Assembly: GCA_002269645.1 (NCBI GenBank)
Contig: NIVC01003915.1
Coordinates: forward strand, 1-47,377
Reading direction: 5' to 3'
Length of the DNA stretch: 47,377 nt
DNA from: Macrostomum lignano
Taxonomy: Eukaryota
Position 1 is the stretch's first letter; each line of letters starts with the position of its first letter. The position numbers and the translations under genes were made by a program. Under the pieces are notes generated by a model that had not been told where the DNA came from, searched no databases, and saw only the letters and a program-made list of their open reading frames with translations. Positions 1 through 30,289 of this stretch are shown here, piece after piece.

Positions 1-665
1 GCACATAGACAGGCGGACAGACGCATAGACAGGCGGACAGGCACATAGACAGGCGGACAGACGCATAGACAGGCGGACAGGCACATAGACAGGCGGACAG
101 ACGCATAGACAGGCGGACAGACAGACAGCGGACAGACGCATAGACAGGCGGACAGGCACATAGACAGCGGACAGACGCATAGACAGGCGGACAGGCACAT
201 AGACAGGCGGACAGGCACATAGACAGGCGGACAGGCACATAGACAGGCGGACAGACGCATAGACAGGCGGACAGGCACATAGACAGGCGGACAGGCACAT
301 AGACAGGCGGACAGGCACATAGACAGGCGGACAGGCACATAGACAGGCGGACAGACGCAATAGACAGGCGGACAGGCACATAGACAGGCGGACAGGCACA
401 TAGACAGGCGGACAGGCACATAGACAGGCGGACAGGCACATAGACAGGCGGACAGGCACATAGACAGGCGGACAGACAGCATAGACAGGCGGACAGACAC
501 ATAAACAGGCGGGCAGACACATAGGCAGGCGGACAGACAGGCGGAGAGACAGACATATAGGCAGGCGGACAGACACAAAGACAGGCGGACAGACAGGCAG
601 GCGGACAGACATAGACAGGCGGACAGACGCATAGATAGGTGGGCAGACAGACAGACGGACAGACA
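1..665. repeat. 20-bp minisatellite (GCACATAGACAGGCGGACAG)n in a VPS11 intron
   Basis: Tandem units read directly; they degenerate after about 480. Confidence 0.97.
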
Positions 666-872
666 CAGTCAGGAGGACAGGCACGTAGATAAACTAAAAG
701 TCAGAGAGAACAGAAACAAATACGCTCGTACAGACCGATGAAATGGCTGACAAAGACTTCACACATAGATAAAAGCAAATAAGCATGCATTAGGAGATGC
801 AATGAGCAGAGAAAAAACCAGTAATCAGGTATAGACAGCCACATACTTTGCGCACCTCCCATAATTGCGCAG

Positions 873-6610
<5,738 letters not shown>

Positions 6611-6739
6611 TGCATGAGGACAGATTGATCATGAGTATAATAATCAAGAAAACCGATTTGTATTGGCGTTCATGATTTTGCTTTGGATTATTAACCCAGG
6701 CTTCGATATTTTCTAGCCTGATGCCCAACTGACTGCCCT

Positions 6740-7600
6740 TAAATCTAACTGAGATTCGCCCCTGAATCTACCTGAGATTCGCCCCTGAATCTACCTGAAA
6801 TTCCCCCCCTGGAATCTATTTGAAATTCCCCCTGAATCTACCTGAAATTCCCCCAGAATCTACCTGAGATTCCCTCGGAATCTACCTGAGATTTCCCCTC
6901 CCCGGAATCTACGTGAGATTCCCCCTCCCTGAATCTACCTGAAATTCCCTCTGAATCTACCTGAAAATCCCCCTGAATCTACCTGAAATTCCCCCTGAAT
7001 CTACCTGAGATCCCCCCGGAATCTAACTGAAATTCCCCCTGAATTTACCTGAGATCCCCCCGGAATCTAACTGAAATTCCCCCTGAATTTACCTGAGATC
7101 CCCCCGGAATCTACCTGAGATTCCCCTGAATTTACCTGAGATCTCCCCGGAATCTACCTGAGATTCCCCTGAATTTACCTGAGATCCCCCGGAATCTACC
7201 TGAGATTCCCCTGAATTTACCTGAGATCCCCCGGAATCTACCTGAGATTCCCCTGAATTTACCTGAGATCCCCCCGGAATCTACCTGAGATTCCCCTGAA
7301 TTTACCTGAGATCCCCCCGGAATCTACCTGAAATTCCCCCTGAATTTACCTGAGATCCCCCCGGAATCTACCTGAAATTCCCCCTGAATTTACCTGAGAT
7401 CCCCCCGGAATCTAACTGAGATTCCCTCCTAAAATTTACCTGAGATCCCCCGGAATCTACCTGAGATTCCCCTGAATTTACCTGAGATCCCCCCGGAATC
7501 TACCTGAAATTCCCCCTGAATTTACCTGAGATCCCCCCGGAATCTAACTGAGATTCCCTCCTAAAATTTACCTGAGATTCGCCTCAGCGTCTACCTGAGC
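6740..7600. repeat. About 21-bp minisatellite (GAATCTACCTGAGATTCCCCT)n
   Basis: Seen directly, downstream of the VPS11 stop. Confidence 0.95.
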
Positions 7601-8280
7601 TGTATCTACTTTAAAATATAAAAATCTACAGCACTGTATGATCGTATGTACCTGTGCTTTCTTGTTAAATAATTACAGAAAGATTATAGTATTCACTTAG
7701 TTACTAACAGTAGTCATGCTCGAATTGTTCTGCCTGCCAATATGAAAATTAAAAGATAAAAGGCATGCTAAATTATAAATTAGTTGTCATGGAAACTGAT
7801 TTTGTGAAACTTGATTTTCTCTCAATTGTCTATTAAAAGATTTCTACGTTTGTTTAGTGGAGTTACACATTAAAAACAGTTTTTTGCTGTGTTTAAAAGA
7901 TTAATACGATTGTTTCTGCGAGCTCATATTCGATATATGAACAAATTACTATTAGTAAGGTGTTGTTGTGTCTCATTTGTCCTTGCCGATTTGCTGCTAC
8001 GAGTACGATTGATTCCCATGCTTCAATAATGTGATATAATAAATACATTGATTGATTTTTATATAGTCTGTCTATACATTGAAATACGCAGTAAATCTAT
8101 ATAGTGCAAGTAGGTTACTTATTTTATAGACATATTTTAACGGCCCCAAGAGTCGCAGGCAATAAAGCTCTTCAATTGAGCATTAAAAGTTAGCAAACTT
8201 TTGTCTGATTTAAGCGAAACTTACTGTCTCATTTTCTTTTTGCAGGTCGACTTTCAAAGTTCAAAGTTCAAACTGTAGCA

Positions 8281-9153
8281 ATGTCGCATAACAAGCCCAG
8301 CGGAAAGTCTAATATTAAACGTCCTCGGCCTTCTTCGTCAAATAGTAGCGATGTTAGCAGCAGCGGCGGCAGTTCTACTAGAAGACAGCAGCTACCAGAA
8401 CTGTTTGCCAGTCTGCAGTCAATTTCGAACGATTTGCACCGTCTGTTGTCGTCGCACAGTCAGTACCGGCCGTTGATGGACCAGGTTGGATGCACGAATT
8501 CGTCTGCTTTTGCTAACTGGCTGCGTGACCGACTGGCTACAGCCTATCCTGCCGAGCAGGATGCTCCAGCTTCCGGCGAGGATGAGCAGCTTCATCCGGC
8601 CTCGAAAAAGATTCGTGTTAGTGGGGAAAATCCACAAGCGGTTGCTGCTGAGCCAGTCGAGCCTAATCTACTGTCGTCTCTATTCGACGAAGATGAAGCC
8701 AACAATGATGAAGCGTTGGAGACTGAGAGGACAATAATAATTGAGCCGACTATTCCAGCTGAACCCAGGCGCCAGATTGTGAATCGGCGCCGGACTCTTG
8801 GCGCCAATTCCAGTTTAAATGGCGGCTTGCAGTTTAAACCAGTTCTGCCAGCCATTGCCGAATGCGAAGAGCAGAGCGATGATGAGGAAGTGCCCAGCAT
8901 CCTGGCTGCTGCCGAGAGCAGTTCGGCTGTTGAACAAGCTGCTGAGGCAGAGGATAGAGATTCCACAGACTCTGAAAGCTGTCGCAGCACCCCGTCGCCG
9001 AGAACTTTGCGCCAAATTCAGCGCAGCATGTGGCCTCTGGAGAGTCCGGACTCGGAGATGCGCCGGGCCGAGGCTGAGCTGATGCTCATGGTTGACAATA
9101 TCAGGGCCTATGATAAGATAATGGCAATCAATCGTCATTGGCGCTATCGATGA
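8281..9153 (+). CDS. Uncharacterised 290-aa protein, single coding exon, Ser-rich N-terminus and acidic middle
   Basis: Non-repetitive 873-nt ORF from ATG to TGA, much more GC-rich than its flanks. A strong acceptor (ATTTTCTTTTTGCAG, ending 8245) lies 35 nt upstream of the ATG. No family recognised. Confidence 0.7.
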   Translation: MSHNKPSGKSNIKRPRPSSSNSSDVSSSGGSSTRRQQLPELFASLQSISNDLHRLLSSHSQYRPLMDQVGCTNSSAFANWLRDRLATAYPAEQDAPASGEDEQLHPASKKIRVSGENPQAVAAEPVEPNLLSSLFDEDEANNDEALETERTIIIEPTIPAEPRRQIVNRRRTLGANSSLNGGLQFKPVLPAIAECEEQSDDEEVPSILAAAESSSAVEQAAEAEDRDSTDSESCRSTPSPRTLRQIQRSMWPLESPDSEMRRAEAELMLMVDNIRAYDKIMAINRHWRYR

Positions 9154-9214
9154 AAAGTTGGGCAGTAGCGCTCGCTTGTTAGTCTGGATCACTTTGAAGT
9201 TATGGTTAGCATTC

Positions 9215-10050
9215 TAATATTCTACTGCTATCGCTGATAAACTCTCTCGATAATCTCTGATACACTCCTTAGATAATCTCTGATAAACTCCCTCGATAAT
9301 CTCTGATAAACTCCCTCTATAATATCTGATACACTCCTTAGATAATCTCTGATAAACTCCCTGGATAATCTCTGATAAACTCCCTCGATAATCTCTGATA
9401 AACTCCCTGGATAATCTCTGATAAACTCCCTGGATAATCTCTGATAAACTCCCTCTATAATATCTGATACACTCCTTAGATAATCTCTGATAAACTCCCT
9501 GGATAATCTCTGATAAACTCCCTGGATAATCTCTGATAAACTCCCTCGATAATATCTGATCAACTCCTTCGATAATCTCTGATAAACTCCCTCGATAATA
9601 TCTGATCAACTCCTTCGATAATCTCTGATAAACTCCCTCGATATTATCTGATACACTCCTTAGATAATCTCTGATAAACTCCCTCGATATTATCTGATAC
9701 ACTCCTTAGATAATCTCTGATAAACTCCCTGGATAATCTCTGATAAACTCCCTGGATAATCTCTGATAAACTCCCTCTATAATATCTGATACACTCCTTA
9801 GATAATCTCTGATAAACTCCCTGGATAATCTCTGATAAACTCCCTCGATAATCTCTGATAAACTCCCTCGATAATATCTGATCAACTCCCTCGATAATCT
9901 CTGATAAACTCCCTCGATAATATCTGATCAACTCCTTCGATAATCTCTGATAAACTCCCTCGATATTATCTGATACACTCCTTAGATAATCTCTGATAAA
10001 CTCCCTGGATAATCTCTGATTAACTCCCTTAAAATCTCCAATAAACTCTC
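9215..10050. repeat. 23-bp minisatellite (GATAATCTCTGATAAACTCCCTC)n
   Basis: Seen directly. Confidence 0.95.
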
Positions 10051-10560
10051 TGTAGTTGCTCCTTCTAAACTGGCACTGTTTCAGAGAGCCAAGCGGCGGT
10101 CTCTCCTGTTATTTGTCGAGATTTTTGGCAATTTTTTAGCATTTCGTTTTTTTCTCTGCTGTTTTTGTTCGGCTTTTGTATCCAAGTTTTTCCCGTTTCT
10201 ACTTTTTGATTGTCAAAGTTGTTGTTTGTTTTTCGAGTTTTTTCCCAGCGTTTTTTGTGCTTCCTATATTGCTGCTTCTTTCTTATGTTTACAATAATAG
10301 TTGCCACTTATTTAAAAAAATCAATAAATTTCAGCTTGTTCATGTTGATTGTTTTTCTTGGTTTCTTGTTTATTTTAAATAAATTTTTAAGATCACAATT
10401 TGTTCCATTATTGTTGCGCTTCCAAAATTACTTTGTTGATGAGTTTATCAAGTTTAAAATTCTAGCTAGAGCTATTAACTTTAATCTCTGTTGTATTATT
10501 TTTTATAATTCTACAAGCGTAATTCTTTATAACGGGCATCAATCAATCAGGCAGACACGA

Positions 10561-11415
10561 ATAATCACTCGATTGTGGAAATGATTTGAATATGCAGAAA
10601 TGAATAATCACTCGATTGTGGAAATGATTTGAATATGCAGAAATGAATAATCACTCGATTGCGGAAATGATTTGAATATGCAGAAATGAATAATCACTCG
10701 ATTGTGGAAATGATTTGAATATGCAGAAATGAATAATCACTCGATTGTGGAAATGATTTGAATATGCAGAAATGAATAATCACTCGATTGTGGAAATGAT
10801 TTGAATATGCAGAAATGAATAATCACTCGATTGTGGAAATGATTTGAATATGCAGAAATGAATAATCACTCGATTGTGGAAATGATTTGAATATGCAGAC
10901 AGGAATTATCACTCGATTTCAGAAATGATTATTTGAATATGCAGACGGGAATCATCACTCGGTTTCAGAAATGATTATTTGAATATGCAGACAGGAATTA
11001 TCACTCGATTTCAGAAATGATTATTTGAATATGCAGACGGGAATCATCACTCGGTTTCAGAAATGATTATTTGAATATGCAGACAGGAATTATCACTCGA
11101 TTTCAGAAATGATTATTTGAATATGCAGACGGGAATCATCACTCGGTTTCAGAAATGATTATTTGAATATGCAGACAGGAATTATCACTCGATTTCAGAA
11201 ATTATTATTTGAATGTGCAGACGGGAATAATCACTTGGTCTCAGAAATGATTATTTGAATATGCAAAAATGAATAATCACTTAATTGCGCAAATGATTTT
11301 AATATACAGACACGAATAATCACTCGATTGCGGAAATGATTTGAATATACAGACAGGAATTATCTCTTGATCGCGGAAATGATTTGAATACGCAGACAGG
11401 AATAATCACTTGATC
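10561..11415. repeat. 43-bp minisatellite grading into alternating 46-bp variants
   Basis: ATAATCACTCGATTGTGGAAATGATTTGAATATGCAGAAATGA about 7 times, then alternating CAGGAATTATCACTCGATTT and CGGGAATCATCACTCGGTTT units. Confidence 0.95.
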
Positions 11416-11651
11416 GCGGCAGCAGTATAGTGATCATATTGCTGTATGCAGCTATGATTATTTATTGAATTGCAGCAATGATCAGTCATGAAAAATAAGT
11501 GAGTCGCTAATTATGAATAGATGACGCTTTAAACAGTCACTCGGATTCTGATTCAATCTAACATTTTGGACAATTTTTAAGAATATTTGTTAAAAAATCG
11601 GCACGCTTACTTAAAGTAGGCTACTGAAGATGTTGATTACCGAATCCGCAG

Positions 11652-23570
<11,919 letters not shown>

Positions 23571-23774
23571 TGATAATCTGCTAAATTTTATAGATATAAC
23601 TAAATGAGTTTTGATATTTAGTAAATTTTAACTTATACGTCATACTTAAACAAAGAATAATAACTAATCACAAACTATTTTAATTTTTTCCTGATTTCTA
23701 CACACGCTTGCACATGATTTGATAATAAGATAGGAAAAAAGTTCTAATTCTGTTTTTCATTTTTCAGAAATTAC

Positions 23775-24160
23775 AACCTATCACACAACCGGGAAACCCA
23801 TGTCTCACAACCGGAAACCCATGTCTCATAACCGGGAAACCCATGTCTCATAACCGGGAAACCTATGTCTCACAACTGGGACACCCATGTCTCATAACCG
23901 GGAAACCCATGTCTCATAACCGGGAAACCCACGTCTCACAACCGGGAAACCCATGTCTCATAACCGGGAAATCCATGTCTCACAACCGGGAAACCCATGT
24001 CTCACAACCGGGAAATCCATGTCTCACAACCGGGAAACCCATGTCTCACAACCGGGAAATCCATGTCTCACAACCGGGAAACCCATGTCTCATAACCGGG
24101 AAACCCATGTCTCATAACCGGGAAACCCATGTCTCACAACCGGGAAACTCATGTCTCACA
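23775..24160. repeat. 22-bp minisatellite (CACAACCGGGAAACCCATGTCT)n
   Basis: Seen directly, downstream of the TPC3 stop. Confidence 0.96.
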
Positions 24161-24410
24161 AGCAAGACTGACTCAGCATAGTTCGCTAGTTTACTGAGTT
24201 TGTCTCGAACAGAGAAATGCAATGAAAGTTTTGATTTTTGCTGTCAAATTTATTTATTGATACTAATATCTCCACATGCAACGTATTCTCAGATAAAGAG
24301 CGTCTAAATAATGCCAGAAAATGTCTAAAAACATATTTTAATTTAGAACAACATTGCAAGGTGTAATCTCAAAGATTTTTTTTCAAAAAATACGTGGCCT
24401 TGTCCTTCCA

Positions 24411-24823
24411 AAATCTAATTGAGCGAAATAAAGCGAGCTATTTTTGTCACCTTTACTTTCTGATTTCTTGACATTTGATTTGTGAATCAGCAATGATACG
24501 TCGAATTCTATAAGATAATTTAACAATTTTTTCTTCATGTCTTAAAATATTTCATTGCTTAGAACTACGAGATATCGAGAGGGGTTAGTCAGCTGATCGC
24601 CTGGTGAACTCTACATTTAATAGCTAGCTCATGGATCTACGACTCTTGATCATGATATCAATCCTACATGCCAGATGATGAAGATATCTATATGCCTCGT
24701 GGTGTGGCGTGTGAAAGTCTAGTCAAACTTTATTAATGCCGACAAAAAATATTAGTTTGCAGATTATAACAAACTATATTGACTTATCAAAATCCTCAGA
24801 ACTGCATGGATCCGGTTCTGCTA
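24411..24823 (+). repeat. 413-bp dispersed direct repeat, copy 1
   Basis: AAATCTAATTGAGCGAAATAAAGCG...GGATCCGGTTCTGCTA is nearly identical to 31428-31840. Confidence 0.92.
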
Positions 24824-24984
24824 CAAAATTCCAAAAATATACACTAGCTTATGATCACTTGCTAACATCTGGCAGGCTTACTACAATTCTGTAAGTTGGA
24901 TTTTGCACGTAATTAATTATGCATAAAAGTAATATCTAATATCTAGTAAGCAAATTTTGTTAGAAGTCATTTTGTGGTCATTTT

Positions 24985-26216
24985 TTGGACCTGCGATCTG
25001 GTCCCTCAAAATCTGCAGGCAAATCTCCGGCCGCGGCCCCACCGGCACAGGTTGACGACTTGCGAAGTCTCTCCGTTCGACGCTACTTATCTGAGCATTG
25101 TGCCGACTACGACTACTATAGGCCAGCCAGGTTCTACACCGATTCACCGGGAACTCCACAACCCAAGGATACTGATAAGTAGGCTCCTAGCAAGAGAGAG
25201 CATGAGACAACCCAAGAGCTCGGTGCTAGCACAACCTGAGAACCACAGGTACTTTATTGGTGGCACAGCGGTGGGATTTGAAGACCTACCAGGCCCACCT
25301 CGAGACAACCCTCTGTACTTCAGATGCAAAGAACATTTGATGGACCAGATCGTCGCGATCATGAAAGACCAATACGATCGCGGCGCTGTACATGCTGAGA
25401 TACGCTTCTGGAGCGACATGCGGAGGAATTAAGCCTGGCGAGTAAGATTAAGTTAAGAGTTGGTGGAGCGGCCTCGCGGTCCTTCGCCAAGGCCGGTTTT
25501 CTCCGGAATCAATTAAGTCCGTAGGCCAATGGTTGCCCGCGTCGTCTGGCGAGAGGCGCCAGCCAATTAGCTGGGAGCGCCATGTCCATAAATTGATCCG
25601 ATTTTTTGGGTGAAGTCGTTGCATCCAGATCCGAGAAGAGTCCGTCTTGGTTCTTTCTTGACAATTTGCAAAAGCAACGCGTTTCACTAACCTATCCATG
25701 CCGCCATTCTTTCTGCTTTTAGCGCTGATGCAGGTTCCCTCGATGCTCTGCACCAGCATCGAGCACGAGAAGCAGCAGCAGCTGCAGGACAAAGAAGGAG
25801 GCGACGTGAAGCTGAGCGCCCTGATCAGCGTGGACGGCAAGCCGCGCCTCAACGTGAACAAGACTCTGTGCCGCCGCGAACTGCCGGGCTCACGGCTTGA
25901 GAAATTTGAGGAGGTCGTCCGCGCCACCATCTCCGAGGGCGCCGTTGTCACCATCCGCATCCAGGTGAGTCGCAACGCCAAAGCGACTGCGATGCCTCCG
26001 ACCGGATTCGACAAGACGACGCCTGCACCGACACCGACTGCCCTTCCCCAGCCTGCCGAGCAGCTACCGGCCCGCAAGATCGAAACGGAAGACGAGGAAA
26101 CAACCGAAGCCAAGGACGCCGAGTTCGAGAAGAAACTCGAGCGCTGGATGAGCGAACCCCCGATCTGCAACATACATGCGCAACAGTCGGCCGAGTCGGC
26201 CGATCCGGCCGACTGA
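24985..26216 (+). CDS. Cluster of three short unidentified GC-rich ORFs (about 25019-25182, 25202-25432, 25698/25743-26216)
   Basis: Non-repetitive, co-oriented ORFs; the third has strong C/G bias at third codon positions. Two CCAAT motifs (about 25525 and 25562) and an acceptor-like TGATGCAG (about 25733) precede the third ORF. No homology recognised. Confidence 0.4.
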
Positions 26217-27758
26217 TTTGGCAGCCAACAAAGGAAGTCGCAAAAATCCCCACCCAAAAAACACCCACGTAGTAGTACTAAGTAGCTGACGAGGCATTTT
26301 TGCCTGATAAGACAGTCATAGTTACTCCCGCCGTTTACCCAAAGTTGCGTTAATTTTGCTTTAGGGTTTTTTTACATGTAAGTCGCATTTTTGGCCAAAA
26401 ACTATGTCGCATTTTTGTTAAAACTAAGTCGCACGGCCGACCGAATTTTGGACGTTGCGCATGTATGATCTGCAAGAAACCCTGCATTCACGGCGGCATC
26501 TGTACCAGGTTTCTTCTGAACGGGAAAAATATATGCAGGTAGCTAATTATTATTTTTTGGCTTCTGATTTAGCCCTTGTCTCAATTCCGATGAGTTTTTG
26601 TTGAAATTCGTTGATTTTCCAGTTGCCCGATCGGATACATGGGCATTCAATGCGAACTCCTGGACAGGCAATACCACCTGAAGCAGCTGAATCTATAGAT
26701 CTGTTCAGCTCTAAATTCTCAACCTCAAAAAAGTTGAATAAATAACTGTGATTTGCGAAGTCACTACCCCTCCCTCAAAATTATTTGAAGCAACTTTTGT
26801 GAACCAAAACTACAAATCATTTTTTTCAAGCATTCCACAAGCAAAAATAACGGATCCGTTTAAACTGTTTTACCTAATTAAGAGCCACAATCAATTTTTT
26901 GAGCACTTAACAAAATCAAAACAAAAAAAATTATGTTGTGAGTCTTTTAGATGTTACGAAGTAAAAAAAAACTTTAAATGATAATTGTGGATTTTATCTA
27001 AATAAAACAAAACTTTTTAATTAGCTAATGCTGTGAGTTATTCTTTGATTTTTCTATGTAAAACAAAACCATTTAAATAATGTTGTGATTTCTTTAGATT
27101 TTACCTACGTACTAGGTAAAACAAAACTTTTTAATATAATTTTTTTAGATTTTAGCTACCTAAAAAAGTTTATTGTTGTGATTTTTCTTGTTGAGTTTTT
27201 TCTATGTAAAACAAAAGTTTTTAATGCGTTGAAATATTTTAGCTAACTAAAGTAAAATAAGTCTTTAATGTGAAAATTTTAGATTTAAACTTTGTGAAAA
27301 ATGTAGACCTTTTCCTTCAAAATTTAAGACCTTTTAAAACAAAAAATCTACAAAACATAAAGTTTCAGCATTGCAAAAGCATAAAAATGATTATTTTATT
27401 TGGTGTTTTTCGATTTTCATTATCGCTTAAATTTAAATGGCAGTACATACAGTCAAGGAATACTCAAGTAATATATATATTGGACGCTACACTCGAAATC
27501 TAAGGTAAATGTTTTGAAGGCAACTTTTCGCCGAAAAATACACTACAGAGATAGGTTTTAATTTTTTCAGCACAAAAATTGTTATTGCTTTTGATAGAAG
27601 GCAGATCCAGTGTTCATCTTTTGATATGCTGTGCCTTTCTTATTGCTCTATCGATATTCATAAAGCTTTTTGTTCAGAAATAGTTTTAAAGGCAGGTTTC
27701 ACCGGAAAAATACACTACGGAGATAGGAAATTAAAAAACATTAAAACAGTGATTGGGT

Positions 27759-27981
27759 CTCTTAACAGTGTCAGAGAAAGTCCTAATCATTATTTTGTGC
27801 CTCACATGCTGCTCTAACGACGCATTAATCGATTTTTCATGTTAAATTGTTTTTGTCATTATTTTAAACGTTTTTTCAAGTGACAGACCAATTTAACATG
27901 AAAAATCGATTATTGCGGCGTTAGAGCAGCATGTGAGGCACAAAATAGTGTGATAAGAACTTTCTCTGACACTGTTAAGAG
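27759..27981. mobile_element. Foldback/MITE-like element with about 90-bp inverted arms and a 40-bp spacer
   Basis: 27759-27849 (CTCTTAACAGTGTCAGAGAAAG...TTTCATGTTAAATTG) pairs with 27889-27981 (CAATTTAACATGAAA...CTTTCTCTGACACTGTTAAGAG). Confidence 0.75.
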
Positions 27982-28229
27982 TAACACTGTTATGAAGCCT
28001 GCACCTAAATCAGAAGACGAAACTGTCTGGGAATTCTAGTTGTCAAAAATGCGGCAGCTCGACCCACGTCAGAATACAATAAGGAAATTCTGCAGTGTAT
28101 ATAGCAGAATAATTTCGCCACGATGTGCACGAATCCACTTTAAAACCAACCTACAGAAACTTCCTGATTTCAAAGAAGCCGCGATTCAAATGCAACAAAC
28201 AGATGAATGATGAAGACGTGTGTACTGTA

Positions 28230-29367
28230 AATACCAGGTATCCATAATTTCAATCAGCACGAGAGGCATCTCATGTGCCAATTACTGTAGCTATCTGTGG
28301 AAGGGCCGTAAGGAATTGCACACTCGGCACAAGTTACACCGTGAGCTGTGAGCTGAAGCTTTGAGCGACTTCAAGCGGCTTTGGGCAATGAAGCACCTTC
28401 CGACGTGGCCAGCGGAGTCTGGATGATGAAGAGTGCAGCGGCCGGCCCACCTCCGCAGCAAGGGATGAGAATATGTTGCTGCCATTCGGGCCATGATTGA
28501 GGATGATGCCAGGGTAACTGTGACCCAGATAGAGACAGAAGTGGACATCTCATCGGGACCATCCGCACGATCCTGCGCTCAAGGCTCAATCTGAGCAAGG
28601 TTTCTGCACGCTGGGTGCCTCATCACCTGACGGAGGAGCAAAGGAGGCTCAGGTGGCTTGGTGCCATGCGCCATGCTTGATACGAGCTAGATTTGATAGT
28701 GGCCGCTTAAACTCAGTCTGGGAACTCGTCAGTGGTGACGAATCCTGGATCTGTAGTTTTGACCCAGAGACCAAGCAGCAGTCGATCCAGTGGACACCAG
28801 TTGGAGGCGCCCAACCATTGAAGCTGCAGCGAGAACACAGCGTGGCAAAGCAGATGGTGGCCATTTTTGTGATGAAAGCTGATCATCTAGCGACCGTGCC
28901 ACTTGTGCAGCAACGCACACAATCACTGGCAACTGGTGTACCAACTTCTGCCTGCCAAGCGCTGAGTTGTCTCTCTAGTTGCCACCCAAGGACTCGAGCT
29001 CGGGGTGTGCTTCTTCATCACGACAATGCCAGGCAAGTGGTAGAATTCCTGGCTGAAAAACGCATTCAAGAGCTCGGCCATCCACCCTACAGCCCAGACC
29101 TGACCCCTGTGCGACTTCTTCGTGTTTCGGCAAATTAAGCAGATGTGTGCCAGTTGCAATTCATCGCCGGAAGCTGCAGTCGAGACATTCATCAAGCATG
29201 TCAAGGGGGTGCCAAGTTTATAGTGGTCCAGCTGCTTCAATAAATAGTTTGAGGGGATGCAGCGGTGTAGACTCTTCTGGAGAGTACCTTGAAAAAATAT
29301 GACTGTCAGTTGCTCTATAACTATTTCAGTCTTTTCGCATCCGGAAACTTATTGAATATCCCTTGTA
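28230..29367 (+). mobile_element. Decayed mariner (Tc1/mariner) DNA transposon with a frameshifted transposase
   Basis: Across frameshifts: SLDDEECSGRP, KVSARWVPHHL (28612), SGDESW (28731), LHHDNA (29016), HPPYSPDL.PCDF (29080), ending GEYLEK-like. A mariner-type right end CGGAAACTTATTGAATATCCCTTG is followed by TA at 29366. The left end is degenerate. Confidence 0.9.
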
Positions 29368-30289
29368 CATGTACCAAGCATCTTCCAAGTACTGGACATA
29401 CGCACTACTTAGCAGAGATAGCTACTCTTAGTGTGCATGCGTTGCACGAGACCAGGCGTAATGTCAGTGCCGGAGTCGCTGCTACGAAGTCACTCATGGA
29501 ATTAAGGAAGAATGCCCCAAGCCAAAGTATCTAAAAGCAAGACTGCATGGTTCCTTTTGAAACAAGAAGCTGTGAAAGAGATCGATCGACCGCTGCAAGC
29601 GGTAGCATACTGGACATAAAAAGGCTCGTGAATAATCAAATTGAGCCCGATGAGGAGTCCAAGCCGCTTACCGTAATGCTTTCGGAAACTACAGGTACTA
29701 TAAACTTGTATCCGGCATTAAAACGGTCCTAAGTATATTTCAAAGTATTTAGTCTCAAGCATTCAGTCATCACCCAGACGCCGTCAGCACCTCCATCAGG
29801 GATGACACCAGGCGACTATGGACTTGCAGAAGGTCCAGAAGCTCCGCCTAGGTGAAGGCTAGAGACTAACAAAGTCAGAGCTGATGTAGGCACATTTTGG
29901 ACGACATTCTGATGAAATTTGGAGGCATTAGCAAGCCCCCCCCCTACCTTTTGGTGCTTCTACTGTCAATCAGTTTCAGTACATTAAATTGCTAAACCGA
30001 CCAGTGCAGCGCTTCGGCAACAGTTTTTTGTCTGGCCTAAACTGCTGCATCCTACGATTGATGCAGCTGGAGCTGTAAAGAGACTGTCTATTTCCAGACA
30101 GACGCAGCTGCAAAAAGAATAGAGAAAAACACAAGAGAGCCATTAAATGAAACAATTTTAGCAATTATTTCCTAAGGCACAATAATTGACTGGGACAATC
30201 GCACCTGAGTCAAGTGTGACCTTGAAATGTAACAGTCACACAGAATGCTCCTCTCCCTATAGGGACTCTTCTTCGATATACATGTACTT

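Noticed and set aside
8419-9192. Overlapping antisense and alternative-frame ORFs in the orphan gene (and in the VPS11 exons, e.g. 1904-2371 and 5959-6376)
   Set aside because: They are expected by-products of GC-rich coding sequence and have no independent support.
25448-26257. 269-aa minus-strand ORF
   Set aside because: It is the antisense shadow of the GC3-biased plus-strand ORF and has no protein-like motif.
26268-26290. AGTAGTACTAAGTAG as a Polinton terminus
   Set aside because: Too short, with no matching long inverted repeat in the window.
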